DNA from: Candidatus Altimarinota bacterium
GTDB taxonomy: Bacteria; Patescibacteriota; Gracilibacteria; JBDHUY01
DNA: 18,596 nucleotides
NCBI GenBank assembly: GCA_039809385.1
Contig: JBDHUY010000025.1
Coordinates: 1-18,596, forward strand
Direction of reading: 5' to 3'
The notes under the pieces: generated by a model
The model's input: only the letters and a program-made list of their open reading frames with translations
Told to the model about the DNA's origin: nothing
The model's database searches: none
Translations under genes and position numbers: made by a program
Part shown: positions 17,810-18,596 of the stretch, in pieces
How the letters are laid out: each line of letters starts with the position of its first letter
Position numbering within the stretch: position 1 is the stretch's first letter

Positions 17810-17885
17810 CGCGGGGTAGAGCAGCTGGTAGCTCGCAAGGCCCATAACCTTGAGGTCGTCGGTTCGAGTCCGACCCCCGCAACCA
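17810..17885 (+). tRNA. Initiator tRNA-fMet(CAT)
   Basis: CGCGGGG start with C1:A72 mismatch, CAAGG-CCCATAA-CCTTG anticodon arm, TTCGAGT T-loop, ACCA end. Confidence 0.95.
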
Positions 17886-17893
17886 AAAGATAT

Positions 17894-18136
17894 ATGTACA
17901 GTGTGTATGTTATTTTGAGTGAAAGCGGTATTCTATATGTGGGTCAGACGGATAATCTTTCTCGGAGGTTAGAAGAGCATAATGCAGGAGTATCTTTCTA
18001 TACCAGAAGAAGTAAAAGCTGGAAACTCGTTTATAAAGAAGAATATGCAACCCGTTCGGAAGCAATGAAACGTGAAAAAGTATTGAAAAGCGGAAAAGGG
18101 AGGGATTTTCTGAAACGCTTGGTATCTGGCCCATAA
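17894..18136 (+). CDS. Small GIY-YIG nuclease family protein (UPF0213/YhbQ-like)
   Basis: YSVYVI...LYVGQT.NL.RRL.EHN.G...YT....WKLVYKE....RSEAMKREK.LKSGKGR; 80 aa; starts 8 nt after the tRNA CCA. Confidence 0.92.
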   Translation: MYSVYVILSESGILYVGQTDNLSRRLEEHNAGVSFYTRRSKSWKLVYKEEYATRSEAMKREKVLKSGKGRDFLKRLVSGP

Positions 18137-18181
18137 TCCGCCGCGGCGGATCGTCGGGCACGAGTCCGACCCCCGCAACCA
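18128..18181 (+). pseudogene. Duplicated 3' half of tRNA-fMet with a palindrome insertion
   Basis: GGCCCATAA-[TCCGCCGCGGCGGA]-TCGTCGG-GCA-CGAGTCCGACCCCCGCAACCA versus native GGCCCATAA-CCTTGAGG-TCGTCGG-TT-CGAGTCC... Confidence 0.85.
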
Positions 18182-18189
18182 AAAGATAT

Positions 18190-18261
18190 ATGTACAGTGT
18201 GTATGTTATTTTGAGTGAAAGCGGTATTCTATATGTGGGTCAGACGGATAATCTTTTTTAA
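18190..18261 (+). pseudogene. Truncated second copy of the GIY-YIG gene (23 aa)
   Basis: MYSVYVILSESGILYVGQTDNLF*; first 22 codons identical to 17894. Confidence 0.85.
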
Positions 18262-18596
18262 TCAATCTAAGTAATGATTTTAGCGACAATCTTCCCGGAT
18301 TGCTTGCGCCCCGTCGTGGCGGTGATCCGGGATCCGGAGCAGGCAAGTTCATGTTTTTTCTCATATTGACATTGAACCCTTAAAAAGGAGCTATCCCAGG
18401 ATTCTGGAAGAACATATACAGAGACTGTATGAATAAAAAAACGTATTATGGTGATACGTTTGAATAATATTGTAGATAACCTGAGTTACGAAATAGAGGA
18501 AATGAGGAAAGAGTGATAGAGTAGGGCAGAAAAGTATTACCACATAAATTTCTGCCCTATGGAGATTGTAGCACAATCGGATGATCTGGTACGAAC

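Larger units (their letters stand above)
17865..18256 (+). repeat. 96-bp perfect direct repeat (17865-17960 and 18161-18256; offset 296)
   Basis: CGAGTCCGACCCCCGCAACCAAAAGATATATGTACAGTG...GGATAATCTTT occurs twice: tRNA 3' end plus the first 22 codons of GIY-YIG. Confidence 0.95.

Noticed and set aside
17810-18261. Classical integrase-driven prophage/ICE attL-attR
   Set aside because: Only 296 bp separate the repeats, there is no integrase, and the repeat extends into the nuclease gene itself.
18391-18596. Minus-strand frame open to the window edge
   Set aside because: Composition is not convincingly coding and no motif is recognisable; cannot be judged without flanking sequence.
1-18596. 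Alternative genetic code (UGA=Gly, code 25)
   Set aside because: Conserved genes are full-length without internal TGA, and several end at TGA at expected positions.

Overview
Bacterial chromosomal window. It is probably from a Patescibacteria/CPR-type genome using code 11; this is an inference from the mostly SD-less, pyrimidine-rich translation starts, a stand-alone ftsQ and the gene mix. Core content: wHTH-NUDIX fusion, UgtP/MGDG-synthase-like GT28, family-4 UDG, P-loop kinase, ftsH, secreted six-hairpin glycosidase, HIT protein, ftsQ-like gene, FKBP PPIase, B3/4 editing-domain protein, DinJ/YafQ-type TA pair, rpmG (missed by the ORF track), a large lipoprotein and four intact tRNAs (Ser-GCT, Trp-CCA, CAT elongator/Ile2, fMet). 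The most unusual signal is at both ends. (i) At 1-698 is a 147-bp-period tandem array of tRNA-Pro-like 5' fragments whose anticodon arm is precisely replaced by a 20-bp hairpin cassette, and the cassette is flipped in one unit. (ii) At 17810-18261, tRNA-fMet is followed by a small GIY-YIG nuclease gene whose stop codon comes from a duplicated tRNA 3' half carrying a perfect 16-bp palindrome, then a truncated second copy of the gene. Together these suggest a tRNA-targeted, palindrome-inserting/duplicating process. All calls were made by eye, with no database searches.
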